Shown one piece after another: positions 34,717-47,525 of a DNA stretch of 64,000 bases; the stretch's first letter is position 1, and every line of letters begins with the position of its first letter. A program made the position numbers and the translations under genes. This stretch comes from Octopus bimaculoides (Eukaryota), in contig NC_068982.1 in NCBI RefSeq assembly GCF_001194135.2, forward strand, positions 186,182,557-186,246,556. Reading direction: 5' to 3'. Under the pieces are notes generated by a model. That model was not told the origin of the DNA. It searched no databases and saw only the letters and a list, made by a program, of their open reading frames with translations.

Positions 34717-37700
34717 AAAAAGCAGATACAGAAAACCCGGGAGAGGAAGGCCCTCAGAAAAGACGGCCTCCGGATTTGAGAACAGTGGAGGAGAGTTGTA
34801 TACTCCAGAGGGAGCAAAAGATGTGTATGTGTGTGCATACATACATACATACATATATTTACATACATGCAGTATGTGTATGTATGTATCGACTGCCTTG
34901 ACGCAGTTGAAATACATTTGCATAATTACCTTTTATGGTAAATTACTGAAACACAAGTTAACTTTAAGAGGGAGAAAAAAAAATATGCCCAGCTCTCTTG
35001 CAAATATCATAAACACTGTGTTTGATACAATAAATTTATGCAGAATATTGAGAAATTAGTCGCCAGTGCAGTGCTTACTTCCCAGGCAACTCCGGGCGTC
35101 GATGCGAATCTTACATAGATAATCATATATAAATACTAAACAAGACTACATTGAACGAAGGCTGCTAGCAGACAGAATGGTTTCTACGCCGGACAAAATG
35201 CTTAGCAAAATTTCGTCTGTCTTCATGTTCTGAATTCAAATTCCGTCCGGGTTGATAAAATAAGTACCAGCCGAGCCATATCGCGGTTTATTATTTAAGC
35301 TTACGTCGATTCCTCCGAGGTGGTGTGTTTTGCGTTTATAATAAAATACGAATTTATAAAAATAATAATAATAAAATATATAGTACTGTTTCTACTTCGC
35401 GGATTTTCACCTATCGCGGGGCGGGGGTTGGAATGTAACACCGCGATAGTTGAGGGATTATTACTGTATTTCTGTCGCCCAAAATTGAACATAAAACACA
35501 CCTTAATCACTTTATATGTTTAAACAACAGCCATATAATAATGCATTATCCAGACTCGAACATCCCTGTCACAAAATGTGATTCATTAAACACATGCCTC
35601 TACCAAACAACAAAAGCTTGAGATTTAACAGCTTAAGTACTTCACTTCTTGTCTGCTCGTCTTTTTATTTTTATATTTTAACAAAAGGTCTTGCCCTAAG
35701 TAAAACAGCGATAATTTAAAAAGACAAAGACAAAAACGAATATAAAGGAAAAGGGCCCACCCTCACGGATATATGTAATTATATACAAGTGTTCTCTGTC
35801 TTATATTTTTAGGTTATACATTTGGGTAATTATATTTGTCTCCTTTATCTTTATAAAGAAGCACCCGCCACCATGGTCACTATCGTAAGTTGGTAGATGA
35901 AGTCGAGCTAAAGATGCACTGCTAACTGCTGCTTGTCTGCTGTTTGGTGTCGTGTTTACACTTACAACGTTCAGACACGTGTTAAGTGGGTCACGTTTTT
36001 TATGTTTTATCAGATTGAAGTTCGTTGGTTGGACAAGTTGAGCATTAATATTGTACATAGGAGGGCAGCGAGCTGGCTGACTCGTTAGGATGCCGGGCGA
36101 CATGCGTAGCGGTATTTCGTCTGCCGTTACGTTCTGAGTTCATATTCCACCGAGGTCGACTCTGCCTTTCATCCTTTCGGGGTCGATTAAATAGGTACCA
36201 GTTACGCACTGAGTCGATGTAATCGACTTAATCCCTTTGTTTGTCTCCTCTGTGTTTAGCCCCCATGTGGGCAATAAAGAAATAAAATATTGTACATACA
36301 GTATATCCGTTGTAGCGTGCGTGTATGTGCGTGTGTGTATATGCATATATGCATGTATATACAAGTCTGTGCATATAAGCATGTATATGCATAAGTACAT
36401 GCATATATACATACACACACATGCATACATATGCATGCACACACACGTACACACACACACGTACACACGCGCGCCGGGCTATCTCCATGTAAGCAGAAAC
36501 AATCACGTAATTAGCAAAGGGCGTGATCGTTACAATTAGTGACCCGATCAATTTGTGACCTATAATCGAATATATTCTACCTTTGACCATCACGTGTTAG
36601 GAATATGTAAGAATATATAATATTTGTCCTTTCCTTACTTTCTTTGTTATTATCTAGCAGATAAGGTGACCACAAGTTAACCTTCGTTGCATTTTGAAAT
36701 TAATAGCGAAGAACGTGAAGTTTCATTGAATTTCCAATGTCATCATTGACGACTTATGAGAATGTTTCCAGTTTGGAATCTAAACATAATATCTGATTTA
36801 GGATCCTGTTAAATTCCTGAAGTTTTCCAAATTATTTTCAAAGTATGTAGTTCGGATGTAGTTTGGCTTGCTGATGGTAGATATTGCATTTATTTATTTA
36901 TTTTGGAAAGTAATAATAGAATATTTCGTTTTGGGATTTGGTTTGCAAGATTCTTTGTGTGACTTCGTGTGTTGAAGCATATTTTGTTGTGTCTGGGGAG
37001 AGTCAACGACGATTGTAAACGTTGCAAGACGCAACGAAAATTTTAGGAAAAATAAATAAGTAAATGAGTGAAAACTTTACCGGCGCGTGTGTTAAATAAT
37101 ATGGTACTAAAAGAGAGCGACTCTGCCCAAACACAACAAAATAATAAAATAAATATAAGCATTAAATTTATGCGTTTTAGCCAATTGAAGCTTCCATTGC
37201 TGGATGTATCGGAAGTCGTGCATGAGGACTTTTTCCCCATGGTAAGAGCACACACGAAACCTTTACGCCAAGGGTTTTCGACCCCTTTTTTTTAAGGACC
37301 CCTTTGGTTCCTATTCTACTCGGATGGACCCCCATAGCCAGTCGATGTTTAAAAGATGTATATATGTGTCTATGTGTGCGTGCATGTGTGTGTGCGTGCA
37401 TGTGTGTGTGTGTGTAATCATCAGGCTTTAGTCGGCCCGGAGCTATTGTGGAAAAACACTTGCCCAAAGTACCGCGCAGTGAAAGTGAGCCCAAACCACA
37501 TGGTTGGGAAGCAAGCTTTTCAGAAAGTTATTAAGGAAACAAAAGCGTGGGTTGGAGCACTCTTGTGTAGCTATACCGGTTGACACAAGGTTATATATTT
37601 TAGTAAAGTGGTTCAATGGATTTATATCAATGACCTCCAGTACCTGACTGATGTTCAATTTTTATCAATGCTGGAAGGATGAAAAGCGAACTTGACTTCG

Positions 37701-37923
37701 GTGGGTACGAATCCGCTACAAGGTGGGTCGACCAATTTAGAAAATCATTATAGCCAAGTCTCCTTCAAATCGTCCCGACCGTCTCAAATATGAATACAAT
37801 GGATAATTACAGTCCCTGACAACCTTTGGAAAGATGGGGCGGCCACCGATGGAAAGCCGTTAACCACAAGCATATTGGGGTCTGCTCGACCAGGTTGAAC
37901 GATGCTGGTGTTGTTGCTGCTGT

Positions 37924-37954
<31 letters not shown>

Positions 37955-38109
37955 AATTATAGTATTTATAAATAGACGTTTTAAAACAATTGCCGTCCAG
38001 ACAGACAAATATAGACAATCGATATGTGAAGACAGAAGGCATTTGGGAAACTTCCAGAAGGTAGAGAAATAAATACGTACATAATAAATATAGCTGACAT
38101 GAAATGACA

Positions 38110-38830
38110 AGTGGCGAGAGAAGAAATAAACAGAGGTTAGAGAGAGGGGGAGTAAAGAGAGTGAGAAGACAAGAGAGGGGAGAGAAAGAAAGAGAAAAGA
38201 GAGAGAGTGGGAGATAAATGAAGAGAGTAGAGGGGCAGAGAGAGTGATGGGGAGGAGGTAATAAAATAGTAAGAGATAGAGGGCAAAAGAAATAGAGGAT
38301 GAGAAGAGTAAGACATAGTAAGGGGGAGAGAAAAAAATAGTAAGAGAACAACGTAAAGCGATGAAAGGATAAATAGAGGGAGTGGTAGGGTATGAAATAC
38401 TAAGGAAAAGAGTGATAGAGAGAGAAGGGTAGAAAGACAGACCAAAGTATGGAGTGAAAAAAGAAATACAAAGAAATTGAAAGAAAGAGAGAGGGGAAGA
38501 AGAGAGAGAAATACAAATAGACAGTTGTTGAGAGGGGGAGAAGAAAGAGAAATAAAGATTAAAAGATTGAACAAAGGACAGAAGGGAGAAACAGAGAGAC
38601 TAAAAGACAGAGAGAGGGGAATTAAGAAAGAAGAGAAATAAATACTAAAAGATAGAGGGAAAGGTATAGAAGAAATAGAGAGACACTAAGACGGAGAAAA
38701 AAATAGGTTAGAGAGAGGCTAAAAGAGAAAAGGGAGAAATGAAAGACATACTAAGAGATACATTGGGGAGGAGTGAAATACATTTATAATGAGGCTGGAA
38801 GGAATTTCATGAAGATAAGAGAGAGGGAGA
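38110..38830 (+). repeat. About 720-bp purine-rich degenerate (GA)n tract
   Basis: Very strong A/G bias with few pyrimidines. Confidence 0.9.
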
Positions 38831-38844
38831 GGAGGTTAGTGTTG

Positions 38845-39000
38845 TCATGTAAACGAATATGACAGTGTAAACGAAGTAGCCAATCAGGTTACGGAACGTC
38901 ACACATAATTAATGTTATTCTATTGCTATCACTCTTGTCACTCTTATCACTCTGTCAGTCTTATCACTTCTCCGATCTCCTCGAAGGTGTGTGCATCGTT
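38845..39000 (+). promoter_or_regulatory. Candidate promoter of the small plus-strand gene
   Basis: AGCCAATCAG (38878-38887), ACGTCA (38896-38901) and two GTAAACG motifs in unique sequence just upstream of the ATG exon. Confidence 0.4.
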
Positions 39001-39111
39001 CGTGTTGGTCTCTGATCCGTGTTTACAGGCTTTGACAGGAAAAACCAGTCATAAATAACAACATAAATACAATATACAAACCATATAAATCAATCACATT
39101 GAAAAGAAAAA

Positions 39112-39168
39112 ATGGCTTGTCCTTCGTTGCAAACAATTATTGAAGATATCACATGTAATACAGACAAG
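39112..39168 (+). CDS. Small membrane protein, predicted coding exon 1 (MACPSLQTIIEDITCNTDK)
   Basis: aaaaATGGC start, 57 nt, donor AAG|gtgaga. CCAAT box about 230 nt upstream. Confidence 0.55.
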
Positions 39169-39819
39169 GTGAGATTTATCTATTGAACATTACATTCATC
39201 GATTATATATTGAAATTTATGCATTTATGTATGTTTAATATATCTTTCAATATACACTCAATATGTGTAATATGTAGCATAAATCAAGGCAGATCCATAC
39301 TGATATTGTATTAATTATAATTTTTAATTAATGCATTTTATTTCTATGGCTTTACTGAAAGTATCGAATTGATGGTCCCTAGTTAATGTTTCCCCCTACG
39401 TGATCACTCAATGTGCAGGGTACCTTCTTGTGCGTGTGGATCTGGTAGATGGACACTGAAAGAAGCCCGTTGGATTTATATCTGTGTTTGTGTGTGTGTG
39501 TCTGCGTTTGTCCCCCACCACCTGGTGTTGTATATTAACGTCCCCCCCCTTAAATTAACGGTTCGACNNNNNNNNNNGTCCCCCCCCCCTTAAATTAACG
39601 GTTCGACAAAGTAGACCGATGAATTCTATCGGTGTATTTTGTAACCAGGCTTTAAAAAAAACTTAGACTAAAATTCTTCAAAGCGGTGCTCCGGCATGGG
39701 CGCAGTCTAATGATTGAAACAAGTAAAAATCAAAAATGTCCCCCGTCACCCCCGTCTTTTCTGTATTGTACTTAAAAGTAGGAAGGGCGTCTGGTGATGA
39801 TAGTGGTAATGACATTGAA

Positions 39820-39923
39820 GGCGGACGTAATGAATACGTACACCACCGGTTTTCGGCGTAACAAAAGCCCTAATACGAAACCCTAACCCCTAACACCGGG
39901 TGTGCGTATTCTTTACCTTCTCC
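39820..39923. mobile_element. Second copy of the same MITE family, opposite orientation
   Basis: TSD GACATTGAA at 39811-39819 and 39924-39932, internal CCCTAA-like units. Confidence 0.8.
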
Positions 39924-41506
39924 GACATTGAATATTGAAGTCTTAGATACGACTGTCCTAAATAACCAAACAATGCTGGTAGTCATAGCAGAACTGTACC
40001 TTTGATCTTAATTAAATTGATCTTAATTACCCTGCTGCACGATCAGGCATAAAGACGATGTACCTTGTGTGTTAGGGCAAAACAAGATTAAATAGAATTC
40101 AGAACATATTTGTATATTTAATCAGCAGAAGTTACAAAGTGACTCAAAGGACGAGAATTTCGTAAATGGTATTTATTGAACTGGTTTCAAATTTGGGAGT
40201 CTACTGTTAAATAAATTGGTTTCTAATGATAATTATATGCAAACAAGGAAAGAAAAAAAAAGAGTACTTTGTATGTAAAACTGTGAGGGTTAGAAAATAT
40301 TCGGCTCTAAACAAATTTCAATTATTGTAATTATAAATGTACGTAGATCCTTCGTACGTATGTATGTGTAAAAGAGAGAGACCTTGTTTTTTCACTATTC
40401 AACTGTAAAAAAAAAAATTAAGGAAACAAAAAAATTTCTATGTGAGACTATCTTCGAAAGATCGACATATATTTATAATTACAACAACTGTAATTCTCAA
40501 ATGGTTACACGATCACAATAGGAAGTAATCAGACGACTACAGTACCTTAACTTAAATTACTCTGTTGTAATTAAACTGTTGTAATTACTCAACATAACAT
40601 AGTCTAGTTCTCCCCATTTTGGTCGAAACCAAATGAAAGTTCTTATGACAATGTTGGAAAAATACATTTGCCATTGTTGTATAAAATTGATTCATTTTAT
40701 ATAATCGGTACAATAATTATAATTTTACCTTTATTTCATTTTTGAAATTTCATGATAATGGAATAATGACGACTAAAATATTGTATTAGATTAAAATAAA
40801 ATTAAATAATAATGCAAACTTTCTCATGTTTGTACTTGCAATAAATGAATATATCTTATTGATAACAACAGTACAGTTTAGCTAGCAATTATTTACTCGA
40901 AAACCTTAATTCTATTTAAGGTGTTTAGACATTTTAAAATTTTCAGCACGACCCAATAGTTAACACACACACACAAACATAAACATAATGGTAATTAAGA
41001 TGTAATTTATGGCAGGAATAGCGGTTTCATCTGCTGCCAGGAATATTCAGACTTGCAAAGAATTGGAGAACTAGATGTTGAGAGAAAGGGTTAGGTTTGG
41101 TTTGGAAGTGCTTAGATTGTTTGTATATGATGTGGAGTAGATGGTTCTATCTCAGTTTTTTGGTGGGGTAGGATGGTCAGTATTTCGTTTTTATCTAATA
41201 TATGCGGCGGCGGTGGTGGTGGTGGACAACAATTTCTTTTACTTGATTATGTATACGTGCGTTGCTAGGCATTACTGGACTACATTAAACAATACAATAA
41301 TTCTACTACTCTACATGTATTTCAGTTAAGGATACAAAATAAATACACACGCATACATACTGTATAGATTTCTCTCTCACACACACACACAAGTGTACAT
41401 CAATGGCAATATGTGTATACATGAAATTGATGAATAAAACAAGTGTATTCTACACATTGTGGTAGAGAGATTTTACTGCCTGCTCTGTTGTTTAATCTCT
41501 TTCTCT

Positions 41507-41553
<47 letters not shown>

Positions 41554-41839
41554 TCTTTCTATCCCCTGATTTTTGTTCTTTGTTTTACTCTCTTCTTTCC
41601 TTAATTATTGTCTCTTCTTCCAGATAACAAATCGTAACTAACTAAATTGATTGATTGATAGATAGATAAATAGATAAATTGATTGATAGATAAATATTGA
41701 TTGCACACACACACATACTTGGGGTAATAAGATATATGTAAGCAGCCCTCGATCGGTTTAGCTGGTTATGGAGATTTCCGCACCTACTTAAGAAAAATTC
41801 CACGCATAGTCGTCTATATATATATATATATATATAGAT

Positions 41840-41873
<34 letters not shown>

Positions 41874-42567
41874 ATGTATAGGCACACAAAGACAGGTGGG
41901 GCTTTTTTCTTTAATATTTCACTAATTTTTTTTTTTTTGTAATTTCCCAAATAATTCTATAATCTGTGGTAAATTCAATTTTATCATAAAAATTTAGAAT
42001 TGTATAAAGAATTGTATAAAATCATAACATTACAATTTTTTTTTTTCTTTCATAGAATTAATGAACAAATACAAGGGGAAATTTTAATCATCATTATCAT
42101 AATTATAACCAGAACCTCTAAGAACCATATTCTCTGTTGTCTTGGAAGAAATGGTAGAAGAATGCTGTGAGTGGTTCCCCTCCCCCAACGTCCTTCTCAT
42201 AGAGACAGACAGACAGAGGAATCGGTCGCAGCACTTGGCTGGGTTTTTATCGATATTTAAAGATAAGAGGTTAAGTTTATCCAGGCAAGATGCATTGAGA
42301 CGGTAGAAATACCGCAAAATAATTCGGTCCGCCTTCCTATTTCTGCCAATCGATCGACCTCCTATTTTGGAATGCATTATTGGTAATACATGTCGACAAC
42401 CTTCATTGATTATGTGTGTGCACGTATAATGCATAATATGCATATACATGTATACTGCATGCACGTATATACGTGGGTGTATATGTGTGCATACAATAAT
42501 GTATATATACAAGATTATGTATGAAGCTGTCTTCGACATTTTTTTAACATGTTATTTACATTGCGTA

Positions 42568-42628
<61 letters not shown>
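42568..42628. repeat. (TA)n microsatellite, about 30 units
   Basis: Direct reading. Many other (TA)n, (CA)n and (GAT)n runs occur throughout the window. Confidence 0.95.
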
Positions 42629-42631
<3 letters not shown>

Positions 42632-43353
42632 TTTATTAATGAATATTAAATTTAATTCTAGTTCTGGCCCGTCTTGGAGTTGCGGATGCCAAAATGGTAA
42701 AATAAGGAATAATTATATGTGCATAACTAGCATTATAAAAATGGTCAAACATATTCAAATAGAAGGAAGAGAAGAATAAGTGAGATTGTTGGTATTGATT
42801 ACTGGTAGCACCATTACAAGACTGCTGGAATCTGGAGCATACAACATGGGTGGATTCTGTTGTATAATGAGTGCTGTTGCCTGCTAGAAGTAGCAACTAA
42901 ATCTTTCTGACATCACATCGTAATGTCACTGGGAAGGACACATTGAGTAATTTGGTTCTAGATATAAGGTGTGTCAGTCTGACTGTACGGTCATAGTCGG
43001 GGCACTTGTGATCATAGGTCTGTCTGATAATTAATGGTTGGCCTGGGGCTAAACAAGAATAGCAAACATAAGTGAAATATTCTGTAACTGAGGTCTCTGA
43101 AAATGGTCCGAGTTAAAAGATGGATCGTGTTTCTAAACACACACACACACACACGTATGTGTCTGTATATATTATTTTATTTGTTTCCGCCATTTGACTG
43201 CAGCCATGCTGGAGCACCGCCTTTAGTCGATCAAATCGACCCCAGGACTTATTCTTTGTAAGCCTAGTACTTATTCTATCGGTCGTTTTTGCCGAACTGC
43301 TAAGTTACAGGGACATAAACACCAGCATCGGTTGTCAAGCGATGGTGGGGGGA

Positions 43354-43399
<46 letters not shown>

Positions 43400-43528
43400 N
43401 NNNNNNNNNNNNNNNNNNNNNNNNNNNNNNNNNNNNNNNNNNNNNNNNNNNNNNNNNNNNNNNNNNNNNNNNNNNNNNNNNNNNNNNNNNNNNNNNNNNN
43501 NNNNNNNNNNNNNNNNNNNNNNNNNNNN

Positions 43529-43578
<50 letters not shown>

Positions 43579-44352
43579 CACATATATATATATATATATA
43601 TATGTACGTGTCTATATTGATTTATATGCGAGAGAGAGAAAGGCTTAAATACGAATTCCAAGTCTTAACGTAAGTGTCTATTAGTGTGTTCAAAGTCCTG
43701 CAGTGTGTCTGTGTTTATTCATGTCACGATTTAAACAAGTGACAAGGTTTACATGTAAGGCAATATATGAACACAAATGGCTGCTTGTCCATTCTGCGTT
43801 GAACACAAAAATTCACACTATTTAAGTGCCTCATTACAGATATTCAAGACCTTTCCCACTCCTTCTGAACAAGAAGGAATTGTCTTTTCACTTCAGTGTT
43901 TCTTATTAAATTATTTGTAAAGGAACAGGATATTAGGGTTAAAGCCATTTACGTGATTTACAAAGAATTCGTTAATGGCGACTTAATGGTGACAGTGGAA
44001 CACCATTGTTGATGAAACCGTCAGATCGCATATATAAATATATAAATGTGTGTGTGTGTATGTATGTGTCCACACGCATACACATTATATATAACAGCCG
44101 TTGGCTGTCTTCAAGTTCCTTCTTCTAAGTGACCGGACAGCTATTTTTGAGCTTTGGCCCCCATGGAATGAATATATATATATATATATATATATTATTC
44201 ATTCCATGGGGGCGCATAGCACAAAGATTGCGTGTGTATATGTATGTTTGTTTGTACACAGTAGACATAGAATATAATTGTGTGTGTGTATATATATATT
44301 GTATATATATATATATATAATGTAGAGAGAGAATGTTGAATGTGTGTGTGTG

Positions 44353-44383
<31 letters not shown>

Positions 44384-44701
44384 AAAATAAAGAGAGAGAG
44401 AATGTCGAATGTGTATGTATATATATAATATAGAGAGAATGGCGAATATGTATGTGTGTGTGTATATATAAAATACAGTGTACATTTAATACACATTAGA
44501 GATGCCCATAAAAGGACATCTGACCCGCTAGAAAGAGCAGCCAAAGCTCTACACCACAAAATTAAGTATAATTTCGAAAAGGAATGAAAAATAAAAACAT
44601 TTTTCATCTACACACACACCACACACACACAGTCTCTTTTATGTGTTTGTCTATATATGCGTAAGTAGAGAGAGGATATCATTCTTTGTCCATAGATAAT
44701 G

Positions 44702-44804
44702 TGATTGTAAATTCTTCATTCCTACTAAATATGTCTGATTATAAATTCTTCATTCCTACTAAACATGTCTGATTGTAAATTCTTCATTCCTAATTAACAT
44801 GTCT
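44702..44804 (+). repeat. 34-bp tandem repeat, 3 units
   Basis: tgattgtaaattcttcattcctactaaatatgtc units. Confidence 0.9.
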
Positions 44805-44968
44805 AAGTTTCTGACATTCCAGCTTCGCTACAATAAATGGACAAATGTTGAATAAAATGTTTTTAAAAAAAACCCTATTTGTTGTTTTCTTAATCTAACA
44901 AATTTATTTTATCAGGTACAATTAATATTTCCCCATGTTTTGAACATTATCACAATCTAAAAGATCGT

Positions 44969-45180
44969 GTGTATATGTCTGTTTCTGCTTGTGTGTGTGT
45001 ATGTGTCTGTTTCTGCATATGTGTGTGTATGTGTCTGTTTCTGCATGTGTGTGTGTGTGTGTCTGTTTCTGCTTGTGTGTGTGTATGTGTCTGTTTCTGC
45101 ATGTGTGTTTGTGTGTGTCTGTTTCTGCATGTGTGTGTGTATGTGTCTGTTTCTGCATGTGTGTGTGTGTGTGTCTGTTT
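44969..45180 (+). repeat. 28-bp minisatellite, 8 units, built on (GT)n
   Basis: The anchor GTCTGTTT recurs every 28 nt from 44977 to 45173. Confidence 0.92.
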
Positions 45181-47013
45181 AGACACACGTACACACACTG
45201 CGTGTTGGAGAGAGTGAGACTTGCCATTTGCAGCTACATGTGCAGTGTAACTGCTGCTATGTATTAATGCAGCAAGCAGCTTTTGATAATTTATGCAGCC
45301 CTGGAGAACTATTTTCCTCTGCACGGTAGAGTTTGAATGCCTGCATATAGACATATCTGTATGTCTGTCTGTGCTGCGATGTGCGACTGAATGTGCATAT
45401 ATTTATATGTATATAATTTTTTACATGTTGGTACACTTGTGTGTGTGTTTATGTATACGTGTATATGTGTGTCTATAAACATATACATATAAATGTATAC
45501 GTTTATATAACTTGTTTGTTGTTACATNNNNNNNNNNNNNNNNNNNNNNNNNNNNNNNNNNNNNNNNNNNNNNNNNNNNNNNNNNNNNNNNNNNNNNNNN
45601 NNNNNNNNNNNNNNNNNNNNNNNNNNNNNNNNNNNNNNNNNNNNNNNNNNNNNNNNNNNNNNNNNNNNNNNNNNNNNNNNNNNNNNNNNNNNNNNNNNNN
45701 NNNNNNNNNNNNNNNNNNNNNNNNNNNNNNNNNNNNNNNNNNNNNNNNNNNNNNNNNNNNNNNNNNNNNNNNNNNNNNNNNNNNNNNNNNNNNNNNNNNN
45801 NNNNNNNNNNNNNNNNNNNNNNNNNNNNNNNNNNNNNNNNNNNNNNNNNNNNNNNNNNNNNNNNNNNNNNNNNNNNNNNNNNNNNNNNNNNNNNNNNNNN
45901 NNNNNNNNNNNNNNNNNNNNNNNNNNNNNNNNNNNNNNNNNNNNNNNNNNNNNNNNNNNNNNNNNNNNNNNNNNNNNNNNNNNNNNNNNNNNNNNNNNNN
46001 NNNNNNNNNNNNNNNNNNNNNNNNNNNNNNNNNNNNNNNNNNNNNNNNNNNNNNNNNNNNNNNNNNNNNNNNNNNNNNNNNNNNNNNNNNNNNNNNNNNN
46101 NNNNNNNNNNNNNNNNNNNNNNNNNNNNNNNNNNNNNNNNNNNNNNNNNNNNNNNNNNNNNNNNNNNNNNNNNNNNNNNNNACGAGGAAGGTAGTCGAGA
46201 GATGTGCTAAAAACAAGAGCTAAATCGACCTTAGATCACACACACAAAAAAGTTCTTTTTTAATAATTGTATGAATTCCTGTGCGTAGAACACATTCGAA
46301 AATAATTTTCTGAGAATACAAAAAAAAATTTTTTTAAATAGTTATGGAGGTGTTATATGGGGTGCTTAAACCAGAATTTCGGCGTGTGTACTTCTAGTTA
46401 TATGTGCGTGCATATGTGTATGTGTCATCGTCATAGTTTAACGTTCACTTTTCCATGCTGGCATGTGTCGGACGGAATTTGTTGAGGCAGATTTTCTATA
46501 ACTAGATGCTTTTCCTGTTGTCAACTTTTACATATTTCCCAGCAAACGATGGTGGTGCCCCCTTACAACCATCGTGTAAAGACAAGGGTACATCACCAAC
46601 ATCGTCATTATTTAACGCCCATTTTCCATGCTTGTATGGCTGGATGGTTTGACCAGAGTTTGCAAAGCCAGTAAGCCACACCAGGTTCCATTGTCTCTTC
46701 TGGCATGGTTTTTATGGTTGAATGCCCTTCCTAATATCAGTCACTTTACAGAGTGTATCGGGTGCTTTTTTTTATGTGGCACTAACATCAACAGGGTCGT
46801 CCAGTAACTAGAAAAACAAAATCCCCCTTCAGCTGGGAGGAGCTAGTAATAGTGAGGGGTTGACTTTGTGCCATTTGACAAGTGATTAAAGATGCAGAGA
46901 GACAGAGATAGGTGTCTTGATGTAGAGTAGATACATGGATACTCCGATTAAAAAAGAAGTAGAATAGAGCAAGTGAGTCAAGGGTGTGTATGTATATTAT
47001 ATATATATGTATA

Positions 47014-47383
47014 GGCGTGGCTGTATGGTAAGAAGCTTGTTTTCCAACCACATGGTTCCGGGTTCAGTCCTAGAGCAGGGCACCTTGGGCAAGTGTCTTC
47101 TACTATAGCCTCAAGCTAACCAAAGCCTTGTGGGTAGATTTGGGAGATGGAAACTGAAAGAAGCCTGTCGTATACCTATATATGTATGTATTTGTGTCTG
47201 TCCCCACTTCCACAATCACTTGACAACTGATGTTGGTGTGTTTACCTCCCCATAACTTCGCGGTTCGGCAAAAGAGACTGATAGAATAAGTACTAGGCTT
47301 AATAAGTCCTGGGGGGTCGGTTTGCTCGACTAATGGCGGTGCTCCAGCATGGCCGCAGTCAGATGACTGAAACAAATAAAAGA
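47014..47383 (+). mobile_element. Abundant bipartite tRNA-SINE (representative of about 20 copies)
   Basis: ggctgtgtggtaag..ggttcagtcc head, ccttgggcaagtgtcttctactatagcc core, internal microsatellite, tail ending gactgaaacaa. Others near 8801, 15725, 20944, 25961, 43180, 55958 and 61537. Confidence 0.85.
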
Positions 47384-47476
47384 ATTGGTATTTAATTGCT
47401 TGTGGTACCGTGTACAAGATGAAAATGTCCTTGGTGTTTATTTGAAAACAAATTGTTTACTGTTCTTCTGTTACAG

Positions 47477-47525
47477 AGTCCAGATGAGCAGGCCGTTGTG
47501 ATGTCCATGGCAGCTTTTTCTTTGG
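47477..47525 (+). CDS. Small membrane protein, predicted exon 2 (SPDEQAVVMSMAAFSL-G)
   Basis: ttcttctgttacag acceptor, gtatgt donor, phase 0 to 1. Confidence 0.6.

Noticed and set aside
39538-39607. 30-bp direct repeat
   Set aside because: Same pattern around a 10-N gap; assembly artefact.
42150-42200. Insulin A-chain-like MVEECC
   Set aside because: The further two cysteines of the CC-x3-C-x8-C pattern are absent.
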